Notes under the pieces: generated by a model | What the model was told of the DNA's origin: nothing | The model's input: the letters and a program-made list of their open reading frames with translations, nothing else | Databases searched by the model: none | In this document: positions 1 through 11,922 of the stretch, piece after piece | Layout of the letters: each line of letters starts with the position of its first letter | How positions within the stretch are numbered: position 1 is the first letter of the stretch | DNA from: Octopus bimaculoides | Lineage: Eukaryota | Assembly (NCBI RefSeq): GCF_001194135.2 | Contig: NC_068994.1 | Span: forward strand, 24,351,747 to 24,390,270 | Reading direction: 5' to 3' | Length of the DNA: 38,524 bases | Position numbers and translations under genes: made by a program

Positions 1-620
1 GCTGGGTTTCTACCGTGCGGGCCCATCCGGTAACGTTAATTCCCTCGCGGCCCAATGCTCTCACTTTAGCCCGGACTCTACACCCCTCATATTTGGCTTT
101 GAGGTGACGGTCCAATGCCATTCTCGCTGCCAGAATGTGGGATGCAGAGCCCAACCTCAGCACCTCTTCTAAGTTCTTAACTAGCTGCCCTTCTACTCTA
201 GCCCTATCTAGTCTTAGCTGTTTGCTAAACCTAATAGACTCGAAACGAATGGCTCTTTTGGGGGCGAACCACCACCGGTTATTAACCACGGTACCGGTTA
301 ACGCTCTCTGTACTAACTCCTTAATCCGACTACGGTATGCCTCACAAGTCAAAATAGTCTTGTTCAGCTTCCAGTAGCCGGGTCCTCTACTAGTTGTACT
401 ATCTACGTCCAACCTACACTTAACCATTCTATGGTCAGTGTAGGACACTTGGACAAGTTGTGGACAAGTAAAACTAGGATTAGCTATAATTCTTATTACC
501 ATCCTATCTAGATAAGACTTGAACCTTCCGTCGCCACTCATCCAGGTCCACTCTGGCACGTTCGGATGTTCAAGCCTGTAACGGTCTGCCAGAACTGAAA
601 ACCACAGATCTCTGAATGGA
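1..620 (-). mobile_element. Tx1/L1-clade LINE ORF2 fragment (C-terminal part of APE endonuclease plus linker), running off the left edge
   Basis: Manual minus-strand translation gives LADRYRLEHPNVPEWTWMSGDGRFKSYLDRM...SYTDHRMVKC...GPGYWKLNKTIL...RHLKAKYEGCRVRAKVRALGREGINV, collinear with the 15376 ORF (VDRYRLEEPNVPQWTW...SYTDHKLV...GPGYWKMN). It is absent from the ORF track because no stop is reached inside the window. Confidence 0.9.
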
Positions 621-2493
621 CCACCGATTATACCTCCCAATAATCAAAATAGACAATAAAACAACATCAATAATAAATAGCATAAACCTGGCCGTCACAG
701 AACTAATAGACACAGAAACAAATGACAATATCACTCAGCTAAATGACATAATATATGCAGCAGCCACTGCAGCCACAAAAGAAGCTGGATACTTCCTAAA
801 ACCCATCCAAACAGGTGCACCACCACCCAAACAAACCCTGTGGCTAAATAACGTCCAACAAAGAATAGAAAAAAGAGAAAAGCTCCGTCAATTCTTAACG
901 AAATTAAGAGACAATCAACACTACTAAGTAACAAGAAGAAAACAAAAATACTGTGCAAATACAACATTACAGAAAAAGATTTACCTGAGGTAAAAGAAAA
1001 GCTAAAGCAAGATATCCTTGCCAAAGCACAAAGGATCTGCCGGTATGAGAAACGCCAACGTTTCTTTGAACAAAACAAACAGTTCAACTCCAACCCCCAA
1101 AAAAGTTCTACTAAGAACTTGGCAAAAATAAAATAGACATCAATGCACCAACAACGGCAGAAGAAGTGGAAGAATTTTGGAAAGAAATATGTTCGGCGAA
1201 GAAACAACCTCAGAAAAGGACTACTAAAACAACGAAATTAGCACATGAACAACTCTGAACCCCTATAACAACTGAAGAAGTCACCCAGGCACTGCAAAGA
1301 CTAAGCAACTGGAAGGCACCTGGGCACGACAAGATCCTCAACTTCTGGTTAAAATATGTGACAGAAATGCACAAAAGGCTGGCTGAAAACTTTAACGACA
1401 TACTAGCAGAGCCAGAGACAATGCCTCAATGGCTCAGGAAAGGGAAAACTATCCTAATTCCCAAATCCGATGAAACGGCAAAACCACAAAACTACAGACC
1501 TATAACCTGTCTCCCTACAATCTACAACGCCTTTACTGCAATAATATCGCAGAGATTGAGTAAGCACCTGGAAGAAAACAACCTTAACTGGACACTAAAT
1601 GAACTGACCAAAATAGACAGGAAAACAAGAAAAATAATGACAGGATCTAGGATGCACCACCCAAAGTCTGACATAGAAAGGCTATATATACAATGTATAG
1701 AAGGTGGTAGAGGCCTTATATAGCTGGAAAACTATTATAAAATAATCACCATAGGACTGCAAAAATACCTACTTCAGAAGCAAGGAAAACTAATACAAAT
1801 AGCCACAAAACACGAGCAAAACAAAAAAGAAGAAGCTATAAAACAAATGAAATCCAAACTAAAACTAGAACAGCAACGGACCATGTGATAAAACGATAGC
1901 AAGAAAAACCCCTTCATAGCAAATACTGGGCTAAACTAAATGCAAAAGAAATAGACAGAGCAAATCCCAGCAATGGTTGAGAAGCTCAGGACTCAAAGCA
2001 GAGACTTAAGGATTTTTAAATGCAGCACAAGACCAAAGCCTCCTCAACAGAAATTACCAAAAACATATAATGAAAAGAGACATAACAAGTAACTGCAGAA
2101 TATGTGGACATGGACAAGAAACAATAATTCATATTATCTCTGGCTGCCCAGTCCTGGCTAAGAAGGAATATATTCACAGACACGACAGATCTGGGACCTA
2201 TATACACTGGAAGCTATGCCAACACTATGGAATAACAACAGAAAAAAGATGGTATAAACAAACGCCAGAAAAGGTCACAAAAAAAACGAGAAAGCAACCA
2301 TACTCTGAGATATGCCAATACACACAGATAGAGAAATTAAGGCCAATAGACCAGATATAGTTGTCAAAGATCATGAGGAAAAATGCTTTCTAATTGATGT
2401 ATCAATACCAGCAGATGACAACTTTTCTCTAAAAGAAATGGAGAAACTTTCAAAATACAAAAACCTGGAAATAGAGGTAACTCGAATGTGGAA
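616..2493 (+). mobile_element. R4/Dong-like RLE non-LTR retrotransposon, 5'-truncated, RT core deleted, pseudogenised, 3' end in gap
   Basis: Pre-RT KAPGHDKILNFWLK and GKTILIPK..NYRPITCL; thumb NWT..ELTKIDRKTRK..MHHPKSDIERLY..GGRGLI; CCHC knuckle CRICGHGQETIIHIISGC..RHD (~2094); RLE NRPDIVV..FLIDVSIP..EKLSKY (~2351). Multiple stops and frameshifts. Confidence 0.88.
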
Positions 2494-2789
2494 NNNNNNN
2501 NNNNNNNNNNNNNNNNNNNNNNNNNNNNNNNNNNNNNNNNNNNNNNNNNNNNNNNNNNNNNNNNNNNNNNNNNNNNNNNNNNNNNNNNNNNNNNNNNNNN
2601 NNNNNNNNNNNNNNNNNNNNNNNNNNNNNNNNNNNNNNNNNNNNNNNNNNNNNNNNNNNNNNNNNNNNNNNNNNNNNNNNNNNNNNNNNNNNNNNNNNNN
2701 NNNNNNNNNNNNNNNNNNNNNNNNNNNNNNNNNNNNNNNNNNNNNNNNNNNNNNNNNNNNNNNNNNNNNNNNNNNNNNNNNNNNNNNNN
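2494..2789. other. Assembly gap
   Basis: N run. Confidence 1.
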
Positions 2790-3025
2790 AAATGGCAAGT
2801 TTGTATTTGCGAATTCGTTACTTTAACTCCTCCGAGACTATCCGACAGGCTTTGATGAATCTTGACACGTGTGCGGGGCTTATGTCCATGCGGTCACTTA
2901 CGCACTTGGAATTTTTTAAAAATCGATGTTTCAAAAATCGTAAAATTTCGACATTTTTCGCACTTGCCATCGTGACATCAATTTGACGAAAAATATTTCA
3001 TGGGTATAAACAGACACCTTATTAA

Positions 3026-5230
3026 CGGTAAGACTAGTCAAGGCCAGAATAGGAAGGCAACTAGTTAAGGACTTAGAGGAAGCGTTGAGGTTGGGCTCTG
3101 CATCCCACATTTTGGCAGCGAGAACGGCCTTAGACCGTCACCTCAAAGCCAAACATGAGGGATGTAGAGTTTGGGCTCAAGTGCGAGCATTAGGCCGTGA
3201 GGGAATTAATGTTGCCGGATGTGCCCGTGCGGTAGAAACCCAGCGTGGCATTGATGCCACAATTAGGTCTCTGATTGATGACAATGGGAGTTCGGTCGGT
3301 GGACGGGATGATACGTGTGAGGCGCTTTACAAGCACTTTGTCGAGTTCTTCGGTAGAAGCGGAAAGCTGGATCATAGGGAGGCCCTTAGGGACTTCCTGT
3401 CTGGCGGCCCGCATCTCTCGGCGCGAGAGACTAAGTGCTGTGAAGGGCCAGTCACAGCTGAGGAGTTGATCGAGGTTCTGGGCGAATGCCCCGGGGAGAA
3501 GTCGCCGGGCCTCGATGGTCTGCCCTATGAATTCTACAAGAGTATGCCAGACTTGTTCTGGCACCTGCTGGCCAGCGTTTACGCCAACTGGCAGCAGAAT
3601 GGGAGAATTCTCAAGCCCGCAAGCCGGGTGGTGGTGACGCTGATCAGAAAGGACCCGAGCAAAGGGGACGAGATACGTAAATTTTGGCCCATAACTCTGT
3701 TAAACATAGGTTAAAGATTTTGGCCAAGGTGCTAGCAAAAAGACTGGCGCGGGTCGTGGACAGATTTGTGGGGAGGGCGCAAACTTGCGCCATTTCAGGC
3801 AGATCGATCCACGACAATCTTCATCTTCTACGCTACACATTAGAGAGGGTAGGGAAGATTTCTGGCACAGGAAGGACACCGGTACATTTAGACCAGCCTA
3901 AAGCATTTGATAGGGACGACCATCGGTACTTGGCGGCGGTCCTCGAGGGCCAGCTTCCAGTGGTGGAAGAGGCTATCAAAAGTTACGAGGTGGTGCCAGG
4001 AGCAAAGGTTAACAAGAACAAGACAGTCCGTTTGCAACTCGGCACCTGGAGGGGCAAGCCGATGACGTCCAATAACGTCGTGGGGCGTTGGACGGAAGGT
4101 CCTGTTAAGCTGCTTGGGGTCTGGTTTAGCCCAGATCTCCAGACAGAGAAAAATTGGAGTGAGGTAAGCAGTAAGGTGACTTCTCTAACCCAGACCTGGT
4201 CTGGGCATGCGTTATCCTTGTTAGGGAAGGCGGAGGTGGTGTAGATGTTTATATCATCAGTTATCACCTACCATCTGACCGTGGTGCCTTGCCCCGATTT
4301 GTGGTTGAACAAGTTGGAGAGAATCCTTTTCTGCTTTTTGTGGGATGGAGGAAATCCTCATGTGAAGCACTCTATCTGCTGCCAGAAACCACTAAAGGGT
4401 GGGCAGGGATGCCTTGGCTGAAGATGCGAAAATTCGCGTTAAGGTTGAGGCAGCTCTGGCTTTACCTGGATGGGGAGCAGGTGTGGTCACCGCACATCCG
4501 GTTCTACCTTCCGAGGTTAACATCCTTAACGAACATTGGTACATGTATCAAGCAGAGTTCTTGGCTGGGGAATTGGCAATTGGAGTGTCGTCAGACACTT
4601 CAGCTACTCTCTCGGGCGGGTAATGCCGGCAACAGGAGTTCCACCGCGGATTTTTATAGAGGATTAGTGGGATTTATGCTCGAAGACGCCTTGTGGGAGA
4701 CCCTGCGCTACGATAAAAATCAGTTGATCAACCTGTTCAGGAGAACGTTCAGGCCGGGGTATCTGGATAATTACCAGAAAGCCCTGGCTTAGTAGTGCTT
4801 CCGTGCGGCGTTACCCGTTTGTGATAAACTGTCAAAGCACGGAAGTGCCGTCTCGCCGATATGTCCGAGGTGCAGGCAGGATAGGGAAACCGCCTTGCAC
4901 GCATTTGTGGAATTCCCAGAATTAACGGGACTGATAGTTTTCACAGAACAACTGTTGTCATCGATGGAAAGAGTACAGCTATCGGCTAAGTCCATCATCG
5001 AGATTGTGCCGCCTCCTTCCCTTAGCGGGGAGAGGAAAGCCTGTTTTTTTCTGCGTGGTAGCCATATTAAAAGAAACAGTATGGAAGACGCGTGTGAAAG
5101 GAATAGTGACGGGTACCTTTGTATCTAGTTAAGGGTTGGTTAACTTTTTTAGTTACCAACTCAGTAGCAAGATGAGGCTGGAGAAGAGGTACCTATCACG
5201 AGAGAGATTCGAAAAAAGATGGAAGCTTAT
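3026..5230 (+). mobile_element. Tx1/L1-clade LINE ORF2 (linker, RT with internal deletion, C-terminal Zn finger), pseudogenised
   Basis: KSPGLDGLPYEFY, TLIRKDPSKG..WPITLLN, LDQPKAFDR, KLLGVWF, GxGMP and CPRCRQDRETALHAF (~4860) motifs; frameshifts; homologous to 15376-18750. Confidence 0.9.
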
Positions 5231-5571
5231 NNNNNNNNNNNNNNNNNNNNNNNNNNNNNNNNNNNNNNNNNNNNNNNNNNNNNNNNNNNNNNNNNNNNNN
5301 NNNNNNNNNNNNNNNNNNNNNNNNNNNNNNNNNNNNNNNNNNNNNNNNNNNNNNNNNNNNNNNNNNNNNNNNNNNNNNNNNNNNNNNNNNNNNNNNNNNN
5401 NNNNNNNNNNNNNNNNNNNNNNNNNNNNNNNNNNNNNNNNNNNNNNNNNNNNNNNNNNNNNNNNNNNNNNNNNNNNNNNNNNNNNNNNNNNNNNNNNNNN
5501 NNNNNNNNNNNNNNNNNNNNNNNNNNNNNNNNNNNNNNNNNNNNNNNNNNNNNNNNNNNNNNNNNNNNNNN
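5231..5571. other. Assembly gap
   Basis: N run. Confidence 1.
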
Positions 5572-6877
5572 TATATATGTATGTATGTATTTCATATAAT
5601 TAAATAAAATGACTATTTTAATTGTATATTTCAAAAGACATGATTTTTAAAAAGTTTTGTTTAAATTTATTTTTGATTATTTTTGTACCATGTTTTTAAG
5701 GATTTACTTGTTTTTTAGATTCTCATTATAAATAAAATAAATTATCTCAAATTTACCTAATATAATGTATTTTAATTTTTAAAATGTTATTCTCGGTTGC
5801 AATATTTTACGTATAGTAGAATTTTAATTTTAAGTACTTTCTAGTCTTCTTTATATGTGACGAATTAGGCAAATTCTACAGCAGAAATCTTGTTCTGTAG
5901 TTTTCCAGGTGTAATAACTTAAGAATATTAACATGCATGCGCCCGCATTTTTCATTGTAATCCAGTTTTTTCCAGCCAATGCAATAAAACTAATAAATAT
6001 TCTTTTGTTCAAAAATATTTGAATTAAATGAAACTTGCCTGTATATTTATTTTCTTTAAAATTAATAACTTTTTAGGATAATGAGAAATGTAATTATAAT
6101 TGTAAAAAATATTAGATTCTATATCTTCAATGTATACAAATTTTTTATATTGAAACAAAGTGCATAATACGAACGCACTAAAAAGAAAGTGTGAAAATTC
6201 ATTATGAAAAATAAATTTCTATATAATATTGAATTTTAATGCAATACTAATTTCATTATAAAATCAAGAAATAAATGAGCTATATCATTTTATTGTAAGA
6301 AGAGCTAGCAAGAAGAGGTATGAGAATATATCAACTATTATAGTAAGAAGATAGTCTGATTACAGAAATAGTAAAGCCATGGCTAATATAAGATTTTTAA
6401 AAATGCAAAAATAGCCAATGCATCCACCGTAAGGCAGGAAGAACCACCTGCCCTTGTCAGGGCAAAATTAGTTTGTTAGTCGAAATCCATGCAAAATAAA
6501 ACCTGCAATTCAGCTACTGTTCTTGTCAACTTCCCTGAAAATAAAAAATCTAAATACAGCTACTCTGAAAATCCAATCATACTATCTGAAAGTAGAAACC
6601 TTGTCAGTTTCTAAGAAATAATAATCTAAATTCTGCAACTCGTAATATTGAATTAAAAGTTTAAAAAGCAAACAAAATACTTATTAAAACTTCAGAAGTT
6701 CTTACAACTTTGGTTGTTGTAATGCTTTGCTTTCGTTTGCTTAATAAAAATTCCTCCTTGTATAATGATTTTGCTTTCATTCTGTGATAGACAACTAATC
6801 ATGCAGAAAATGCCAGCTTCTAAATCCTATTTTCCGATTAGGTAAAAATTATTAAACTTTAAACCTCAGTAACATAA

Positions 6878-6920
6878 GTATGCATGTATGTATGCATGTA
6901 TGTATGTATGTATGTATGTA
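6878..6920. repeat. (TATG)n microsatellite
   Basis: Direct reading. Confidence 0.95.
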
Positions 6921-6939
6921 TTATGCACGTAGATATATG

Positions 6940-7358
6940 GAGGCGCAATGGCCCAGTGGTTAGGGCAGCGGACTCGTGGTCATAGGATCGCGGTTTCGAT
7001 TCNNNNNNNNNNCGGACTCGTGGTCATAGGATCGCGGTTTCGATTCCCAGACCGGGCGTTGTGAGTGTTTATTGAGCGAAAACACCCAAAGCTCCATGAG
7101 GCTCCGGCAGGTGATGGTGGCGAACGATGCAGTACTCTTCCACCACAACTTTCTCTCACTCTTACTTCCTGTTTCTGTTGTGCCTGTAATTCAAAGGGTC
7201 AGCATTGTCACGCTGAATATCCCCGAGAACTACGTTAAGGGTACACGTGTCTGTGGAGTGCTCAGCCATTTGCATGTTAATTTCACAAGCAGGCTGTTCC
7301 GTTGATCGGATCAACGGGAACCTTCGACGTCGTAAGCGACGGAGTGCCAACAACAACA
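6940..7358 (+). mobile_element. tRNA-derived SINE, family A (~375 bp after removing the gap duplication)
   Basis: A box TGGCCCAGTGG, B box GGTTTCGATTCCC, (CAA)4 tail. TSD-like ACGTAGATATATG (6927-6939) and ACGTATATATATG (7359-7371). Near-identical inverted copy at 36337-36707. Confidence 0.9.
7003..7012. other. 10-N scaffold gap flanked by a duplicated 34-bp overlap
   Basis: 6969-7002 is identical to 7013-7046. Confidence 0.95.
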
Positions 7359-7361
7359 ACG

Positions 7362-7403
<42 letters not shown>

Positions 7404-7953
7404 TGTTTATTTACGATGGACAGCAGAAAAGAGTCCACTTGTCATCAATTGTTGTCAACTTACCCCCTCTCTCCTTAAAGCTACGTATTCGTCACTCTTA
7501 CCTTTGTTTCCCGTCATGGGCGTTTTAGAAGTTATTTATGTGTATGTGCATGTGTGTGTGTGTGTGTGTGCGTGCGTGTTTGTATATTTACGAAAGTATG
7601 TGTGCAGCGGCGAGTGTATATCCCTGAAGTCAATTTCAGGCGTTAGTCTCCCCTTTTTGACCTCGCATATTTGAAATATCAACTTTTTTTTTCTACGGAA
7701 CCAAATTTCAAATCTTATGGCTCAATATGTAGCATAAGAGGTGACCAATCTAAAAATGTATAAACATCATCAAATTTGGTAAAAAAAAAAAAAAACTGAA
7801 TTAGTGACAAAGTCTAAAAGTGGTCGCGAGTGAGTAAATGTTAATCTGCTGTGCGTGAATGATATTTATTATAATATAGTGTATTCTATGAATATGAGAT
7901 AGATCTTTGCAAGATACCGAAATACTGAATTGAATTAAGCATTTTGCAATATT

Positions 7954-8155
7954 GGTTTCCAATTTTGACAGAAGGCCGGGGAGGGAAGTTGATTACATCG
8001 ACCTCAGTGCTCAGATGATACTCATTTTATCGAGTACCGAAAAGATAAAAAGCAAAGACGACCTTGGCGGAATTTTAATTCAGAATGTAGAGACAGACAA
8101 AATGCCACAAAGCTTTCACCCTGCGTGTTAACGACTCTGCCAGCTCGTCGTCTTA
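7954..8155 (-). mobile_element. SINE family B, diverged copy
   Basis: Aligns by eye to 26182-26400, 27057-27275 and 28864-29075 (GATTACATCGACC..TTTTATCGA..AAAG..GAC..GGCGGAATTT..CAGAA..TCTGCCAGCTCG). Confidence 0.8.
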
Positions 8156-9547
8156 GTACTGTAATAAGTAACGATATTACTTGAAAATTGTTTTACGTAC
8201 TTTTGGCACATTTAGCTTATATAATAACTTTTTTCATTTTGAATATTTTTTGAAAAGATTAGCACCACGCCACTTGTCTTGATGAGTTCTATCATATGAG
8301 CTAAACAAAAACAAAATGTTTAGGTTCTGAATTTGCTTTTAGGTGTTACCACTGTTTTCGGTACATTTGACCCAAGTAGTTTTTTATTAAAAAAAAAAAT
8401 TGATATAATTAACATCATGGGATTCCTTTCGTCAAAACCTATAAAAAAAAGTTAAATTTAAATATAGTTTTCTTTTGAAGAAAGAATATTATTTGGAGTC
8501 AAAGTCGATTTCAGTGACAAGCGTCCAGTAACGAAATAACAATATATGTCTGTGCTTTTATGCACCATGTGCCTGTATTAGAGGAGCTATCAAGGTTAAT
8601 AACATAGCATTCGGCTTTCTAACAAGACATCCACGTTACGTTGGATATAAAGATCGTCTTTTGGTATAATACTGTTTTTGTCACTAATAATTAAATATTA
8701 GTACACATACGAGCTATTTGTGACATCAGTGACTGAAAAAACACTGAAATTTTATATTTCGTGGCAACGAAAGTTGGTTACAATGCGGCCACTAGACGCC
8801 TACTACTAAGGAAGTCCAGTATACTAAATCACATGATCTGACACATCCGGCCCCCATAACAGACGATCATCGTTTGCTACGATTTATGTCTCTGCTTGTA
8901 TCCACTAATTGCCAACATCAGAGGACCTCTTGCGACATTATTCGGCGTTCTAAGATAGATAAGTAGATAGATAGATAGATATACATACGTACATATATAC
9001 ACACACACGCACCACACATGCACACACACACACACAAATATGTCTTACTAAGAATCGTTAGTGAAGTAAAAGAAATAAGATATGTATTATATTGTTTATT
9101 TAGTTTAATTTTTTCTTCTGTTTCAACAATTGAAGTCTTATTTTTTGCTTAATTACAATTTCCATCTGGTAGGATGTCTTCAGTACGGAGAAAAAGATAA
9201 ACAGAGGTGTTTGTTATATTATATTACATCATATTTATTGCTTGAATGTCAATCTACGACGATTTATTAACGTACTCTACTTTTGTGTCGATTAATTGAT
9301 GCTGAGAACTGCATACAACTGAATAAGGTAATGGTATTGATTATATTTTAGGTGACATTAATACAGAAATTATACACTGGTTTGCAGTTATGAAATGAAA
9401 TAGGAGCACAACAGTAACCAAGTGATTTCATGACGTTGTTTATGTCTCTATAGAAAATTTTTTTTTAAAACATTACAAGTCATTCTATATGTTATACTAT
9501 ACACAAATGGATTGAGACATGCGATTTATAATTGCTTTATTGATTAA

Positions 9548-9663
9548 ACGGACGGACGGACGGACGGACGGACGGATGGATGGATGGATGGATGGATGGA
9601 TGGATGGATGGACGGACGGACGGACGGACGGACGGACGGACGGACGGACGGACGGATGGATGG
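9548..9663. repeat. Compound (GGAC)n/(GGAT)n microsatellite
   Basis: GGAC block, GGAT block, GGAC block, GGAT end. Confidence 0.95.
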
Positions 9664-10119
9664 CACGGATGGATAGAATGGATGGGTGTAGTGATCGATA
9701 AATAGAGATATATGTAATTTGATAGTTACATAAATAGGTAATTAGGTGGTTTGAATGATGCATGGAGGGATAGAGCCACGAAAATAAAATAAACACATAT
9801 ATACATGTATGCATAAATATATACATGCGTATATGTGTGTGTGTGCGTACGTGAGTGTGTGTGTAATTAAATATGTATGTATTTATATATGTGTATAAGC
9901 ATACATATACAGATATATAAGAGAGAGATAGAGACATACAGACAAACAGGGAGGAGGGGGCCATCTATATATCATATTTAACGTAAATAAATACATCATT
10001 GAAAGGAAAGTTACTGCAGTACTCGCTCTGAGATAACATCTCTTATGAATATGCTGCATTTAAAAATGACACCATATATCGGAGAGAGACGAAAATCGCC
10101 ATAGTAGTGTTTTGCACGA

Positions 10120-10162
10120 ACGGTAGAGGCATTTCGGTTTACTTCGACCTTATAAGTGACGT
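10120..10162 (-). ncRNA. Degenerate minimal type I hammerhead-like motif
   Basis: Minus strand: ACGTCA-CTTATAA-GGT(CGAAGTAA)ACC-GAAA-TGCC-TC-TACCGT; homologous to 10303-10344 including downstream flank. Confidence 0.5.
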
Positions 10163-10302
10163 GCACGCACACCCAGCCACATATCTAACGGATTTCTATT
10201 CCACTGGGTTGTTATTCGTAATACCAGAGAATATTGTATTCACTCTTTCCTGCATGTTGGTGGTGATAAATCGTGACTAGGCATGTAGCTGCTTGTGACT
10301 AC

Positions 10303-10344
10303 ATGTCGTTGATAAGTCTCGCTTGACCGAAATGCATCTGACGT
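10303..10344 (+). ncRNA. Minimal type I hammerhead ribozyme motif (PLE terminal-repeat type, U3-A8 core)
   Basis: ATGTCG-TTGATAA-GTC(TCGCTT)GAC-C-GAAA-TGCA-TC-TGACGT: stem I of 6 bp with two G-U pairs, palindromic TGCA stem III, AUC triplet; stem II has one unpaired C. Confidence 0.6.
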
Positions 10345-10527
10345 TCTCACTGGTCGCTGCTGGAGCGATATTTGTCTCCTCCCCTCAATATATAATGTTT
10401 TAAACACAAGTCCATAAAAGGCATTGCTTGTCAATGATGCTTTTGTATTAGGTATGATTCACAGATGGCTATTTTAAGTTAATACTAATTCTTAATGAAT
10501 AAGCATGCATATATACATACATACAAT

Positions 10528-11490
10528 CCATTGGTCCACTCCCGAGCTATAGGATCGTTATATCGATGACTGTATCGGCACAACCTCACTCTCCCACGAA
10601 AATCTGGAGTCCTTTCTCTCTTTTGTTCAATCCTTCCATCCTGCCCTCGAATGCTCCTGCACTATCTCTACCGCTTCCGTTGAAATTCTCGACATTTCTG
10701 TCAGCATACACCGCTCCGCTCTCACCACCTTCATCCACTTCAAATGCACTGACTCATACTCCTACTTTAACTTCTCTTCCTCCCACCCTACCCACATCAA
10801 GCTCTCCATCCCCTACTCCCAATTCCTCCGTCTACGCAGACTCTGCAGTGACAACTATGGCTTTGAAACTCAGTCTCAACTCATGGCTGGGGCGGGCACG
10901 ATCTGCTCTTTCTCTTCGCACCTGCCCAACCCTTACCTGTCTCCGTTTCCCCTTATCTACCACTCCTCCATCCTACCCCTCCAACTCACCATTCTCCGAG
11001 TTTTCCAGCAACTCCAATCCAGTCCTCCACCTCGCACATCTTTCCTAAACTACCCTTTCTCTCCTTTAAACGAGCCCATAACCTGCATAACCTCCTGGTC
11101 CACAGTTTCTTCCCTACCCTTGCCTCCCAGCCTGGCTCCTTCCCCTGCTCCAGCCTACGCTGTTCCACCTTCTTCTACCTCTCCAACACCACCATTTTCA
11201 CTAGCACCCATTACCATTCCTATAACGTCACCGACTCCTTTACCTGCCCCTCTAGTAATTTTTTTAGTACATCTCCTGCTCTCTCTCTCTCTGTCCTTCC
11301 CTGTACATTGGACAAATGGGACGCTGCTTGGCTAACCGGTTCGCGGAGCATCTCCGAGACGTCAAACCCGGTTGTGCCACTTCCGCTCTACCGGCCATTC
11401 GCTACAACATCTGTCTGTGTTCGGACTGTCTCTGCACAGGAATTAATCTCTCTTCGTTCCTTTGCGTCATATGGGCTCAGCTCACTACCT
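10528..11490 (+). mobile_element. Penelope-like element (Neptune-like), 5'-truncated RT plus GIY-YIG endonuclease, pseudogenised
   Basis: Frame not shown in the ORF track: TPEL*DRYIDDCIGTT..SFHPALE..VEILDISV..TDSYSYFNFSSSH..IPYSQFLRLRRLCS; Cys linker relic FPCSSLRCSTF; endonuclease CPSSN..V..SCS..LCPSLYIGQMGRCLANRFAEHLRDV. The clade call (Cys-rich linker, CxxC inside GIY-YIG) is from family knowledge. Confidence 0.85.
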
Positions 11491-11499
11491 CTCTTCATC

Positions 11500-11887
11500 G
11501 GACACCAACCACACTCAGATTCCCACACACCTCTCACATTCAGATGCTCCACTCTATATACACACCTGCATGCCGCCTACCTCGGTACCCTCACCACACA
11601 CACCACACTATACAAACACCCGTACACACTGTTCCACTCAGTACTCACTTCACACACCATTATACACACACCCTTAAACACCTTTTCACTCCACACGCAG
11701 TAGCACCGAACACTTTTCAGTACCCACACCACACACCATTATCCACACAACCACACAATATTCAATTATCCACACACACACATGCAACATGCATAAACAT
11801 TCGCAACACGTATAAATACACGCAATACGCATAGGCAAAGATAACTTTCACCCTCAAACATACACTATACACATGCGCACTATTTGG

Positions 11888-11922
<35 letters not shown>

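Noticed and set aside
2790-3025. GC-richer segment that might be a DNA-transposon end (similarly ~7620-7850, 14566-14632, 29325-29550)
   Set aside because: Probably repeat fragments, but no TIR, TSD, coding motif or second copy in the window supports a call.
6969-7046. 34-bp direct repeat in the SINE head
   Set aside because: It flanks a 10-N gap and is absent from the sister copy at 36337-36707, so it is a scaffolding overlap artefact.
6940-7050. tRNA gene
   Set aside because: A and B boxes are present, but the sequence continues into a 300-bp repeated body with tail and TSD and gives no clean cloverleaf; it is a SINE head.
8279-8306. TTGATGA-GTTC..GAGC-TAAAC hammerhead-like string
   Set aside because: Both core strands are mutated and no stem I or III can be formed.
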